Below are positions 27,460 to 37,442 of a stretch of 64,000 nt of DNA, one piece after another. The notes beneath the pieces are model-generated. The model did not search any database. It was not told the DNA's origin and saw only the letters and a program-made list of their open reading frames with translations. Source of the DNA: an uncultured Poribacteria bacterium (GTDB lineage Bacteria > Poribacteria > WGA-4E > WGA-3G); NCBI GenBank assembly GCA_951828385.1, contig OX639973.1, positions 1,728,470-1,792,469 on the forward strand, given 5' to 3'. Within the stretch, counting starts at the first letter, position 1. Each line of letters starts with the position of its first letter. Both the position numbers and the translations under genes were made by a program.

Positions 27460-28491
27460 ATGCCAAGAGAACTCATTGCACCGGCACAAGAACAAGTCGC
27501 TTTCCGAGAATATGAAAGCCAACCCTTGCAAGCCAATGAAATTCGGGTCAAGAGCCAGTTTGGTGCCGCCAAACACGGTTCAGAGATGGCATCGTATAAG
27601 GGCTATGCAGGCCCACGCGGTGGCTACGATGGAGAATATAAGGTCTTTCAAGCAAACACCTCCGGGATGGTGCACTATCCTTCAGGACTTGGGAATATGT
27701 GTGTGGGTGAAGTAACCGAAATTGGGGCGGACGTTACCGAATTTGAGGTCGGAGACCGCGTTTTTCGGCACAGTTCCTTTCGCGAGGAAAATGTTTGGGG
27801 CGCAGCGGGTGTCCGTAAACTGCCTGAGGGGGTGCCTTGGCAGGCAGCTGTCTGTTTAGACCCGACGGATTTCGCCTTAGGTGCGGTGCGCGACGGTCAT
27901 ATTCGCATTGGTGATGCCGTGGCAGTCTTTGGAATGGGGGGCATTGGACTGATGGCACTGCAGCTCGCCAAGTTAGCCGGTGCCTATCCTGTCATTGGTG
28001 TCGATCCGCTCGAATTGCGCCGAAATGTTGCCCTCGAATGTGGTGCGGATATGGTTATTGACCCTACAACAGATGATGCCGGTTTGGAGATTAAAAAAGC
28101 CACTAACAAACGCGGTGCTGATGTTTGTATTGAATATAGTGGGCATCATACAGCACTCCAAGCGGCGATTCGCGGTGTAACGTATTTAGGAACGGTTGTC
28201 GCTGGCGCATGGCCCGGTATCTACCCAGCAGGATTAGACCTCGGTGCCGAAGCACATTTCAATCGACCGACGATTGTGTTCTCACGCGCCTGTAGCGAAC
28301 CGAACCCCGAATATCCGAATTGGAACGAAGGCAGACTCTTTGAAATCAGTTTGCGACTCCTGTATGAGGGCAGTCTGAAGTCTGAACCTGTTATTTATCC
28401 TGTTGTCGATTTCGACGACCTATTGGACGAATATCCGAAGATCGCAACGCATCCGGGTGAGAACGTAAAGTTAGGCGTTCGATTTGCATAA
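27460..28491 (+). CDS. MDR-family (zinc-binding-type) dehydrogenase
   Basis: GAAKHGSE, GMGGIG Rossmann motif, CIEYSG. Confidence 0.82.
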   Translation: MPRELIAPAQEQVAFREYESQPLQANEIRVKSQFGAAKHGSEMASYKGYAGPRGGYDGEYKVFQANTSGMVHYPSGLGNMCVGEVTEIGADVTEFEVGDRVFRHSSFREENVWGAAGVRKLPEGVPWQAAVCLDPTDFALGAVRDGHIRIGDAVAVFGMGGIGLMALQLAKLAGAYPVIGVDPLELRRNVALECGADMVIDPTTDDAGLEIKKATNKRGADVCIEYSGHHTALQAAIRGVTYLGTVVAGAWPGIYPAGLDLGAEAHFNRPTIVFSRACSEPNPEYPNWNEGRLFEISLRLLYEGSLKSEPVIYPVVDFDDLLDEYPKIATHPGENVKLGVRFA

Positions 28492-28498
28492 CCTTGAT

Positions 28499-28630
28499 TA
28501 GGACTTACGCATTCCCTCTCAAAGTCCCCCTGATAAGGGGCGGGGAATGCCCATAAGGCATTCATACCGTTGATTCTGATTCTTTAGGGGGTTTAAAGGA
28601 CGGAAATTCCCACTTTTTGCGTCTACATGT
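28499..28630. mobile_element. Degenerate MITE family C copy
   Basis: Left end TAGGACTTACGCA as at 34068; right end decayed. Confidence 0.45.
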
Positions 28631-29601
28631 CCGACACCCTGAAGGGAAGGGAAGCTATGACTGTTGGAATCATGCTGGCTTTAATGGGGCTTGCATCATC
28701 TCAAATTATGAGCGACAACGCAATCGGAAGCATTGAAGTAACACCGAGCATCGAAATCGTAGAGATACCGAGCAAATTTTCTGTCTTCAGACAAGTCGGT
28801 TGTGACAAATACGTCAACGTTTTCGGTGTTCACATCTTCGCAAGCCGAACAACACCTGAAAATAAACTCTCTCACGCCGCAGGCATTTTGGCACAATACC
28901 TCGATAACAACGAAGACGGTATCCCCGATAATACACGGGTTCTCAGTCACCTTGTGAGTCGAAACGTCTTTATCATTATGCCTGGAACAGAGGCGGAGAT
29001 GGAACGGGTGGAAATGGGCCTGATAGCAGAAGCGGGCTATCGATTTGGTCAAGGCCTCTATGGCGAAGAAACCAAACCGGATTTCCTTGTTGATGGTAAA
29101 ATCAACGCTCCCGATGGTCACTACTACGACGGCGCATTAGAGGAAATTCTACATCCCATTACACAACACGGTTATGCCAACGCTTACCCCGAGGTGTTCG
29201 GAGAGGTACGAGGGTCCACCTTAGCGAACTGCATGGATGCCGCCCGCGGCGGATATTTTGAGCGGGTACCGAAAGGTGGTCCCAAGAGCGGCTATCCAGC
29301 AGAGGCGTGGTATCACTATACGGATGAAACCTGTGACTACGGTTGCATGGTTACGGAGTATCTCTACTGGGCTTTGACATCAATATTGGGGACACAGGAT
29401 TTCCCAGAACGACGCGAGGCACTCGAAGTCGAATGGGAATTGAATACCAGAGAACGGGTCAGAACTGGCGATGCTGCAGTCTATGAACTTCTAACAGACC
29501 CACAGTACAAATTCCCGACCAAAGCACCAGATGGAGACTACAAACCATCGGCATTTCCCGTTACAACTATTCCTATCATCGCTATCGCAGATGAGGATTA
29601 A
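28627..29601 (+). CDS. Putative exported zincin-like protein (EEILH variant motif); start may be ATG 28657
   Basis: Hydrophobic N-terminus; ALEEILH and downstream EYLYW. Confidence 0.6.
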   Translation: MSDTLKGREAMTVGIMLALMGLASSQIMSDNAIGSIEVTPSIEIVEIPSKFSVFRQVGCDKYVNVFGVHIFASRTTPENKLSHAAGILAQYLDNNEDGIPDNTRVLSHLVSRNVFIIMPGTEAEMERVEMGLIAEAGYRFGQGLYGEETKPDFLVDGKINAPDGHYYDGALEEILHPITQHGYANAYPEVFGEVRGSTLANCMDAARGGYFERVPKGGPKSGYPAEAWYHYTDETCDYGCMVTEYLYWALTSILGTQDFPERREALEVEWELNTRERVRTGDAAVYELLTDPQYKFPTKAPDGDYKPSAFPVTTIPIIAIADED

Positions 29602-29631
29602 TAAGTATTGTGATACGAAAGGTGTAATACT

Positions 29632-30489
29632 ATGAAAAATTCTCTGGATCAATTTTATACCAAAGAAACAATAGCAAAATTATGTTGGAATCATCTTATT
29701 GAGACTATTCCTAGTAGTATAGAAAAAAATATAAATGATCTATTCTTTTTGGAACCTTCTGCAGGAAAAGGAGCATTCTACAAACTAATGCCAGAACAAA
29801 GACGCATTGGAATGGATTTAGAACCTAAGTGTGATGGTGTTAAATTACAAGATTTTCTAAAAACCCTAAAAATTGAGTTTGAGTCACACAATACAATAGT
29901 TGTTGGTAATCCACCATTTGGCAAAAGAGGTCATTTAGCGGTAGCATTTTTCAATCATTCCGCCTGTTTAGCTGAAACCGTAGCGTTTATAGTACCTGTA
30001 ATTTTCCGAAAGTTCATGATACATAAAAAATTGGATTCCAGAATGAAATTTATCAGTAAATTAGAGCTGCCTAAAGAATCCTTTGAATTTGATGATGGAA
30101 AACCCTACTCCGTGAATACTGAATTCCAGATATGGACTCGTTTACCATGCTCTCGCGAAGATATGAGAGAATCTGAAGCACCACCTATCTGCCATAAGGA
30201 TTTTCAAATGTGGCAATATAATAACACTCCTGAAGCACTAAAAGTATTTAAAAATGATTTTGATTTTGCTGTTCCGTCTCAGGGTTGGCAAGACTACTCT
30301 AGAAGGGAGACAAAAACTAATAATTGTGAGAAACATAAGCAATGGATATTATTAAAGGCTAAAAATGACATCATTTTGGCACGCTTATTGGATATTGATT
30401 ACAACAAGCTGGCACACAGATGTACAACAGCCATTCCGGGCTTTAGAAAAGGCGATTTGGTTAAGGAGTATTCTGAACTCTATGAGTAG
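29632..30489 (+). CDS. Amino-DNA methyltransferase (gamma class, probably N6-adenine) of a type II RM system
   Basis: DQFYT, FLEPSAGKGAF (motif I), GNPPFG (motif IV). Confidence 0.85.
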   Translation: MKNSLDQFYTKETIAKLCWNHLIETIPSSIEKNINDLFFLEPSAGKGAFYKLMPEQRRIGMDLEPKCDGVKLQDFLKTLKIEFESHNTIVVGNPPFGKRGHLAVAFFNHSACLAETVAFIVPVIFRKFMIHKKLDSRMKFISKLELPKESFEFDDGKPYSVNTEFQIWTRLPCSREDMRESEAPPICHKDFQMWQYNNTPEALKVFKNDFDFAVPSQGWQDYSRRETKTNNCEKHKQWILLKAKNDIILARLLDIDYNKLAHRCTTAIPGFRKGDLVKEYSELYE

Positions 30490-31153
30490 AATTTACGATT
30501 TTTTCTTAGATATAAAAAATAATCCCATGGATTATGTTGGCTGGTCAAGTAACTCCGATTTTGAAAAACAAGTAATAAATCAGTTGGAAACGTTTGGTTA
30601 CTATGAAACTAACTTCAATGAGTTAGGAAATAGCTACAGGACATATTGGCGAGAACTGATAGAAATCGATGACGGAATTATAGAAAACACAACACGATTC
30701 AAGCAAAACTATATTTTTCAACCTTTCGGTACACAAAGCTACCCGGACACCCTGATAATAGACAACAAAACCGTGTTGTGTTTAGAGTTAAAATCCAGTA
30801 AGGGCACAAGACCTGTTTGGAATTCTGGATTGCCTAAGGCAAATGGTATATATGCATTCGGATCCTATGTCAAAAAGGATATTACATTTTTTAGAGGTTG
30901 CGATATACTCAATGATGAAGATAGGAAACGACTCTCAGGATTCTTTGAAAACGCAATGAAAAATGCTGAATCATTTAATCAGGAATACATGTCAAACCAA
31001 GAATTCGGTTTTGGCGTGTATGCGAGAAAAATGTATCAAAATCAACGAACATACAATTCTAAAGCTATTATTAACTTTTTTCAAAATCATAGACGATACG
31101 ATTTAGAAAGGCAAGTATTAGAATATTGCAAAGGATTACAGGATTCTGACTAA
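30482..31153 (+). CDS. Probable PD-(D/E)xK restriction endonuclease
   Basis: QSYPD...LELKSS..PVWN; start overlaps the MTase stop by 8 nt; AT-rich. Confidence 0.75.
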   Translation: MSRIYDFFLDIKNNPMDYVGWSSNSDFEKQVINQLETFGYYETNFNELGNSYRTYWRELIEIDDGIIENTTRFKQNYIFQPFGTQSYPDTLIIDNKTVLCLELKSSKGTRPVWNSGLPKANGIYAFGSYVKKDITFFRGCDILNDEDRKRLSGFFENAMKNAESFNQEYMSNQEFGFGVYARKMYQNQRTYNSKAIINFFQNHRRYDLERQVLEYCKGLQDSD

Positions 31154-31213
31154 CAGAATTAACCTGATGTCCGAAAATAAAAGGAAACCTTGCACTTCTA
31201 CACGGAGAGGCAG

Positions 31214-32203
31214 TCAATGCAATCCTGCTGCCCGCAGCACCGTTTCCTGAACTGTGAACTCATGATCAAGCGAACGATCAGGGGATTTCTCGCCCCGAAT
31301 ATCAGCGACAAACGCTCGAAGGCTGTCGACGTAACGTGGTCGCCGCTCCACAGGCACTGTCTGCCAACCTTTCGCATACCCATCCCGTTCTTCGTCAAGA
31401 CATAATCGCAATGCTGGCGGTTCGAGCGGTTCAAGAATTGCGCTGCCGCGTGTCCCGTAGACTTCCAATCGCCTTGCTTTACCCGAATCAATTTCCAACG
31501 CCGTTGACTCAAGAATCGCCAATGCTCTCGGATATTCAAGGACAGCAGCGGTATTGTTTCGATACCACGGCACGTCATGTCCATCGTGCCTTGAAAAGGG
31601 TGTCACTCGTGTCGGTCGTCCCAGCAAGGCAACGATAATATCGGTGAGATGGCAGGCAAGGATGAACATAATGCCCCCGGAGTGTTCACCGAGCGAATCC
31701 CAGCGTTGCCAGTGGGCTTCGCTTGAAAGACTTGATGAAATTCTTGCCCGAACGGAAAAAATGTCACCGAGTTTGCCGGAGTTCGCCCAATCAAGGATAA
31801 ACTGAAAGCCAGCGTTGTATCGGAACATATAGCCGAGTTGAACGAGCAGATTTTTGTCGCGGGCAATATCTAAAACCTCTTGAAACGTATCCAAGTTATC
31901 ACCCGCAGGTTTGTCAAACCAAACATGCTTGCCGTGTTCAAGAATCTCCCGTGCAAAGGTGAGATTCTGTGACACACGTCCCTGCGCCGCGACCCCAACG
32001 ATTGTTTCATCATCAAGCATCTCTTCTTTGGACGTAAACCAGTGAACGCCATCATAGACTGAGCTTTGACCAAGGGTAGCTCGGACTTCCGCTAACGGTT
32101 CAAAAACACCGGCAAAGTCGATCTCATCACTTTCCTTCATCACGTTGGCTTTCCCTGAAGCGTGGTCGTGGGAAATACCGTATTGTGCAAGTCTCATTTT
32201 CAC
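31214..32203 (-). CDS. Gfo/Idh/MocA family oxidoreductase
   Basis: GKHVWFDKPAG, QLGYMFRYN. Confidence 0.88.
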   Translation of the reverse strand: MKMRLAQYGISHDHASGKANVMKESDEIDFAGVFEPLAEVRATLGQSSVYDGVHWFTSKEEMLDDETIVGVAAQGRVSQNLTFAREILEHGKHVWFDKPAGDNLDTFQEVLDIARDKNLLVQLGYMFRYNAGFQFILDWANSGKLGDIFSVRARISSSLSSEAHWQRWDSLGEHSGGIMFILACHLTDIIVALLGRPTRVTPFSRHDGHDVPWYRNNTAAVLEYPRALAILESTALEIDSGKARRLEVYGTRGSAILEPLEPPALRLCLDEERDGYAKGWQTVPVERRPRYVDSLRAFVADIRGEKSPDRSLDHEFTVQETVLRAAGLH

Positions 32204-32415
32204 GTCTTTTCTCCTTTTTGAAATCTATAATTGCCAAAAACATTGGGTAAAGTGTCACATGATTCTATCACATAATCCGCATTGTCTGATAGAAAAAATG
32301 AATGCAATTACCACACCGATCAAAGCAGCGGAATTGGAACACGCCGATTTTTCTTGATTTAAGGGTGGCACGGCTATTAAAATAGAGACACCTATTACGA
32401 CACTTTTGCTAATTT

Positions 32416-32539
32416 TATAGCCCATAAATAAGTGGGCATCTTTGTAGCATAGGAGACCGTTAGCCTGTGCCAGTCTGAATGCCTGTTATAGGTATTCAAA
32501 CTGTTTGAGAGTTCCCAATTAACTATAGGTTTTACTATA
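32416..32539 (+). mobile_element. MITE family A variant carrying REP variant B
   Basis: TATAG...TTTACTATA ends, GTAGCATAGG...TTAGCCTGTGC, same second hairpin. Confidence 0.7.
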
Positions 32540-32575
32540 ATACGAGTAACGCGAAATAGAAAAGGAGACAAGAAA

Positions 32576-33409
32576 ATGAAAAGATATTTCTGGATACTCA
32601 CGGTTCTTGCGTTTTGTGTTGTAACTTTCGAGGCAACCGCGCAAGTGACGAAAGGCTTACACTTTTACCTACCGTTCAACGAAGGAAAAGGCGATATTGC
32701 CAAAGATGTCGGTCCGAAAGGGTTTGAAGCCGAACTCCACGACAGCGCGAAATTCGTTGCAAAAGGCAAAGTCGGCGGCGCGATAGAATTTTCGGGAGGA
32801 CCTGCATGGATAAAAGATCCGGGTGGACAGAGCGAAGTCTATGTCGAACATCTGACCGTTGCGGTCTGGATACACCCTTTTGAAATATCCAATGTCGCTC
32901 TCGGCAATGGACACGTCTATGGGAATATCTTTTACGATAAGTCTGGGGCAAGCGATGATAATGTCGAATTTGGACTCGGTAGCGGTGAAGGATTGTATTG
33001 GTATATCAATTCTGGGAAAAAAGATATGGGACCCTTTAATGGTGCCGATGTCGATACAACGGTTTCACTGCCGAATTTAGGTTTAAAACCGAATAATTGG
33101 TATCATGTCGTTGGCACTTTTGATGACGAAAACCTTAAAATCTACCTTGACGGGGAACTTGTGGGTGAGAAAGCGACCCCAAAGAACGCTCCCGTGATGG
33201 TCTGGAACGACAACAACATCGAAATCGGCGGACGACCTGATACGAACAATGGTGCTAATCTCTACAAAGGTTTGCTCGATGAATTGGCGGTATACGATCG
33301 CGCATTAACCGCAGCAGAGGTAGAAACAGTCATGAACGCCAGAGACATCCTAACCGTAGATATTGCAGGTAAATTAACAACAACATGGGGTGCACTCAAG
33401 ACAAGGTAG
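32576..33409 (+). CDS. Secreted LamG domain protein
   Basis: Signal peptide, FNEGKG, WYHVVGTFD, LDELAVYDRAL; C-terminus VDIAGKLTTTWGALK. Confidence 0.9.
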   Translation: MKRYFWILTVLAFCVVTFEATAQVTKGLHFYLPFNEGKGDIAKDVGPKGFEAELHDSAKFVAKGKVGGAIEFSGGPAWIKDPGGQSEVYVEHLTVAVWIHPFEISNVALGNGHVYGNIFYDKSGASDDNVEFGLGSGEGLYWYINSGKKDMGPFNGADVDTTVSLPNLGLKPNNWYHVVGTFDDENLKIYLDGELVGEKATPKNAPVMVWNDNNIEIGGRPDTNNGANLYKGLLDELAVYDRALTAAEVETVMNARDILTVDIAGKLTTTWGALKTR

Positions 33410-33484
33410 TAGGCACGCTCCGCGTGCCGTACACAACCCATCCAAAACAGTAGGTGCGGTTTTGCGGTCTACTCGCCTGCCCCT

Positions 33485-33817
33485 TTACCGCAGGATAAAT
33501 AATCCCGCATTTGCGTTCCTCGCAAATTCTTTAATATCAGCGAAATGCCTTCTCAAATTGTATTCGACAGTGCTTGTAGCACAATTCCCTATCTTGACCC
33601 AAATAACTTTTGGCGGATAACCGTGAATAACACTCCTATTCCTAAAGTCTGTATCCTTTGAAACGATGAGATAGTCGTTATCACGAGCGTAATTCCATAA
33701 CTCGGTATCCGCTGCCGTATTTAACCCTATCGTTTTGACATGGGTGGAATTAGGAAACAGGTCCGTCAGCAGTGTCACCAGTTGGTCGGATAGGTTCTGA
33801 TCGAATAGAAGTTTTAT
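33485..33817 (-). pseudogene. DUF5615 PIN-like toxin whose expected start codon reads ATA
   Basis: (I)KLLFDQNLS, IVSKDTDF, PPKVIW..IGN. Confidence 0.7.
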
Positions 33818-34043
33818 CTGTGTAAACGACCATCTGCGTTTTTTCCTTGTCCGCAGCGTAAGCAAAACAGGCGCGAATATCTGTCTCGGTTAACTCGGGA
33901 AAATCGTGAAGCACTTCCGCAACTGTCATACCGGATGCCAAGTATTCAAAGACATCGTAAACAGTGATCCGCATTCCCCGAATACACGGCTGCCCACTGC
34001 GTTTCCCCGGTTCAATGGTAATAATGTCTCTATAGTCGTTCAT
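33750..34043 (-). CDS. DUF433 family antitoxin
   Basis: PGKRSGQPCIRGMRITV...FPELT..DIRAC..YAA. Confidence 0.88.
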   Translation of the reverse strand: MNDYRDIITIEPGKRSGQPCIRGMRITVYDVFEYLASGMTVAEVLHDFPELTETDIRACFAYAADKEKTQMVVYTDKTSIRSEPIRPTGDTADGPVS

Positions 34044-34067
34044 GGTGTTCACCTCTTCCTATAAATA

Positions 34068-34191
34068 TAGGACTTACGCATACTGGTCTTTTGTAGCATA
34101 GGCTGTTAGCCTGTGCCAAGAGAACATCTGCGTTTTTTCCAAGCACCTCATTTACCAGTGTGTGCTTAAAATCAAAATTGCGTAAGTCCTA
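34068..34191. mobile_element. MITE family C with 13-bp TIR and 5-bp target duplication, carrying REP variant B
   Basis: TAGGACTTACGCA/TGCGTAAGTCCTA; AAATA at 34063-34067 and 34192-34196. Confidence 0.85.
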
Positions 34192-34295
34192 AAATAGTTG
34201 AAAAAAATATATCACAACTCGCGTCGGTTATCAACGGTTTTAGTAGGAAATTTCAGGGCTATTTAGTTCTCGGTTTTTCGTTACCCTATTATGTG

Positions 34296-34715
34296 TCACT
34301 TTAGCGGAATATCGTACTCGACAAGGGGCAGTCTTTCCCATTCCCGCCATTCCGGATCGTTTTCGTAGAAATCCGCCATCTCCTTCGCTTGTTCGCTTAG
34401 GATACGGTTTCTCTCCGCCTTTGGTAATTGCAGAAACTTACGACGTTCACTAAGGGGTTTATCAGTAGACGGATCCATCGGCTGATTAAGAAGGGGTTCG
34501 GCTTCTGTATCACAAGTCGACTCACCCCACAGTTGGGCGGACTTAATTCCAAGGGCGGAAGCAATTCGATTAAGGACTCTCGCTGTCGGTTGAAGTTTCC
34601 CATGCTCATACTTCGACAACGTCTGACGGCTAACCGACCTATCAATTGCATCCTCCAAGTCCCCGAGTGACATACCACGAGCAAGTCTAAATCTTCTCAG
34701 TGGTTCTCCTACCAT
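34296..34715 (-). CDS. XRE-family HTH protein with antitoxin-like C-terminal segment
   Basis: LRRFRLARGMSL...SRQTLSKYEHGKLQP; C-terminal RRKFLQLP..ERNRIL.EQA. Confidence 0.75.
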   Translation of the reverse strand: MVGEPLRRFRLARGMSLGDLEDAIDRSVSRQTLSKYEHGKLQPTARVLNRIASALGIKSAQLWGESTCDTEAEPLLNQPMDPSTDKPLSERRKFLQLPKAERNRILSEQAKEMADFYENDPEWREWERLPLVEYDIPLK

Positions 34716-34735
34716 GATTACAATACCCTTCATTT

Positions 34736-35305
34736 TTAGAACGGAATATGATCAGATTCATCGGTTGTTATCCGCTTTAGAAAGGAGAGGACGCTTTTGA
34801 TATCCTTTGTACTCACGTCCCAGCCGTACTCTTTAGCAATCTGCTGAACCTGTGTGAGTGTGAGCGTTCCGTTCCGTTCCCAGCTGACAATGTAATAGAC
34901 CTTTGCCGCAATAGAGAGTATGTTAAAGTGTTTAGAGATAGGCTGTTCGTTTATCCGATTTATAGCATTTTGCCATTCCAAAAACTGAGGTTTCTGCTGA
35001 ATGTCCTCCCAGACTGGCTCAACATTATCGGGAACAGAATAAGTATGCCGGCGGATTTCACCAAAAACATTCTGATCATTTGAAAAGGACTCTGTCACTT
35101 CTTTAAGTAACCCACAGTTTACCAAACTATCTAAGTGGCTTGCAACGTAACTACTGTAGGGCCCATAATAATGTGGCGAGAACCCTAAATCAAACTTCAT
35201 CAGGACTGATAAAAAATAAACCTTCTTCTGCAGAAGCGTTCTGCCGCGCAGTCCATTTTCGCCTTCACTCTTCACAACGAGGAGAAGGATGTCAATAATG
35301 TGCAT
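34736..35305 (-). CDS. YwgA/SocA-like winged-helix protein
   Basis: GRTLLQKKVYFL, F.PHYYGPYS; AAGGAGG RBS. Confidence 0.7.
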   Translation of the reverse strand: MHIIDILLLVVKSEGENGLRGRTLLQKKVYFLSVLMKFDLGFSPHYYGPYSSYVASHLDSLVNCGLLKEVTESFSNDQNVFGEIRRHTYSVPDNVEPVWEDIQQKPQFLEWQNAINRINEQPISKHFNILSIAAKVYYIVSWERNGTLTLTQVQQIAKEYGWDVSTKDIKSVLSFLKRITTDESDHIPF

Positions 35306-35316
35306 GTTGCCTCCTT

Positions 35317-36690
35317 TTAGACAGAACACAAAATGTTTTGAATGTCAGCCTCAAGTTCGGAAGGAGCTTTCTGTTTTTTGGACAGATTCCAATCATCGGG
35401 CGAGGCATAAACTTGTACCGTTTCTAAAGAAGCATCGTCGCCAGGGGGACGTACGAAAGATAGTTCACTTGCATAATACCCAATACGCCTTAGTACATCA
35501 TACTTCTCGTCAAGAATTTCGATCGATTCTGGATTTAGAATTTTGCTCCGCCTTCCATAGTCAGGGTTCCGAATCTGACGCTTATGGACAATCACATCGG
35601 TAGCGTCAATTTCGAGATAATGTGCGATCTTTTGCTCCCATTGCTGCTTTTGGGCATCCGCCATTTCAAGTAGTCTTGGTAGACTCCTTGCATCTTCAAC
35701 TTCTTTAAGTGGCAATTCGGCGATCTTTTTGAAAAGTTTTCTGTGGTAAAGTCGATTGAAAATTTCACATGCTTTCTCTTGTTTGCAGTGCCTCAAAATG
35801 TCAATCACCTTTTCGTCGTGATAATTTAGATACCTCTGAATGAAGTTTTCTTTATCATTTTCATCGTATTGATAGAGTTCTTTCATGTCAGAATTGCCGC
35901 TTTCAATTGCAAGCGTAATCCCACGGATAATCATCTGGTTGGAAATCAAACTGACTTTGTGCCAATAGACCTGCTGTGTCATGTGATAGCGCGCAAGCAG
36001 GAGTTGTTCAAGAGCATAAATTCCTGCACTACTCATAACAAGGGAGGTTGTGTTTCTATCCTTATCAATACGGCAGGATTCAATTATTTGTTCCAAATCG
36101 TACTGTCCATACTTGACACCGGCGAAATAGGAATCTCGCAGGAGATAATCCATTTTATCGGCATCAAGTTCACTGGAGATAACGTTACGCCGCCAATCCC
36201 GCATATCCTTCTCTTTAATCAGCCTAACCACAAATTCCCGTTCATCATCGTCCAGAATAGATCTAATCTTCGGGTCTGTTTCGATTATATCAACCGTGAT
36301 CTGTTCGTGTATTTTTTCCCGTGTTTCACCGATACCAGTCTGATCGCGAGCGTACTTTTCTAAGAGATCTTCAGAAACATGACTGAACGGCCCATGCCCA
36401 ATATCATGGATCAACGCAGCCAAGCGCATTAAGTCAACATCTCGATCATTTACGTCATTAGATCCCAACTCTTTGAGCCTGGAACAAATTCTCCCGACAA
36501 TGTGCATCACCCCAATTGAATGATCAAAGCGAGTATGCAAGGCCCCTGGATACACCAAAAACGTCATCGCCAACTGTCGGATCCGACGAAGCCGTTGAAA
36601 AGCCTTTGTGTTAATCAGTTTGACCTCTTTTTCTGAAAGTTCAATGAGCCCGTGAATCGGATCCCGGACTCGATATCTTCGTTCTGTCAT
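35317..36690 (-). CDS. HD-domain dNTP triphosphohydrolase, YwfO/SAMHD1-like
   Basis: RDPIHG, FQRLRRIRQL, HTRFDHS, HDIGHGPFSH, DADKMDYLLRD. Confidence 0.9.
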   Translation of the reverse strand: MTERRYRVRDPIHGLIELSEKEVKLINTKAFQRLRRIRQLAMTFLVYPGALHTRFDHSIGVMHIVGRICSRLKELGSNDVNDRDVDLMRLAALIHDIGHGPFSHVSEDLLEKYARDQTGIGETREKIHEQITVDIIETDPKIRSILDDDEREFVVRLIKEKDMRDWRRNVISSELDADKMDYLLRDSYFAGVKYGQYDLEQIIESCRIDKDRNTTSLVMSSAGIYALEQLLLARYHMTQQVYWHKVSLISNQMIIRGITLAIESGNSDMKELYQYDENDKENFIQRYLNYHDEKVIDILRHCKQEKACEIFNRLYHRKLFKKIAELPLKEVEDARSLPRLLEMADAQKQQWEQKIAHYLEIDATDVIVHKRQIRNPDYGRRSKILNPESIEILDEKYDVLRRIGYYASELSFVRPPGDDASLETVQVYASPDDWNLSKKQKAPSELEADIQNILCSV

Positions 36691-36811
36691 ATTAAAATTA
36701 TACCATTTTTTGATAAGTAATTCAAATTATTTTCACTAAAATCTGCACAAAGCGTAGATTTATCAAGTTTATATTTGCTGCATCTGGAAACCGGAGAAGG
36801 TATTAACGTTT

Positions 36812-36880
36812 GCTCCAGCGGAGCAATATGTCTATAGCAGCCAGGAGAACCGGTCCTGCACTCCAGCGGAGTGCTATGTG
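36812..36880. repeat. Two short palindromes with a CTCCAGCGGAG core
   Basis: TGCTCCAGCGGAGCA and GCACTCCAGCGGAGTGC, each followed by TATGT. Confidence 0.55.
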
Positions 36881-37102
36881 TCTTGAAAGCATACCCGGAA
36901 ACCTCTGTGGAAACAATGCAGCGTTTCTATGGAATACATTGGGTTTTACTCGCTTTCAAGCAACAGATTGAAAATTGTCCAAAGTTTGGCATGAGTATAT
37001 CAGAGGCGTATTTCATTTTCAAGGGAAAAGCTTGGTGTGGATTGCGCAGAAATGGGTTTGTGTGTTCAGGGTTTGTTTTCTAAATGGCAGTTTCTTGACT
37101 AT

Positions 37103-37262
37103 CTGAATCGCGGATTATCACGGATGACACAGATTTCGCGGATTGATACTCTATAACATCATGTAATCCGATAAAAGGATAGTTTTTACTTTACTGCTGT
37201 GTCTACAAGGGAATTAGCATTGCGGCAATGTCTTCCGGGAGTTTAAATTATGTTTCTGTTCA
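37103..37262 (-). pseudogene. Degenerate duplicate of the TIR-TPR gene 3' end and its downstream repeat
   Basis: Aligns with 37880-38040; encodes LPEDIAAML versus LPADIAALL. Confidence 0.7.
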
Positions 37263-37442
37263 ACGACCGCAATGCTTGAATATGCCCGGCTGAACGGATT
37301 CTGTTAAGGTAAATGACTTCCTCTGCCCGTTTGCGACCAGAAATCTTCGGCAGCCTGTTGATGGTTTTGATGCAGCCAAAGATGAATTCGCCTAAGGATG
37401 CGCGGCAACCCTATCGCGTCCAGCCCACGCGGCGCGGGTTGA

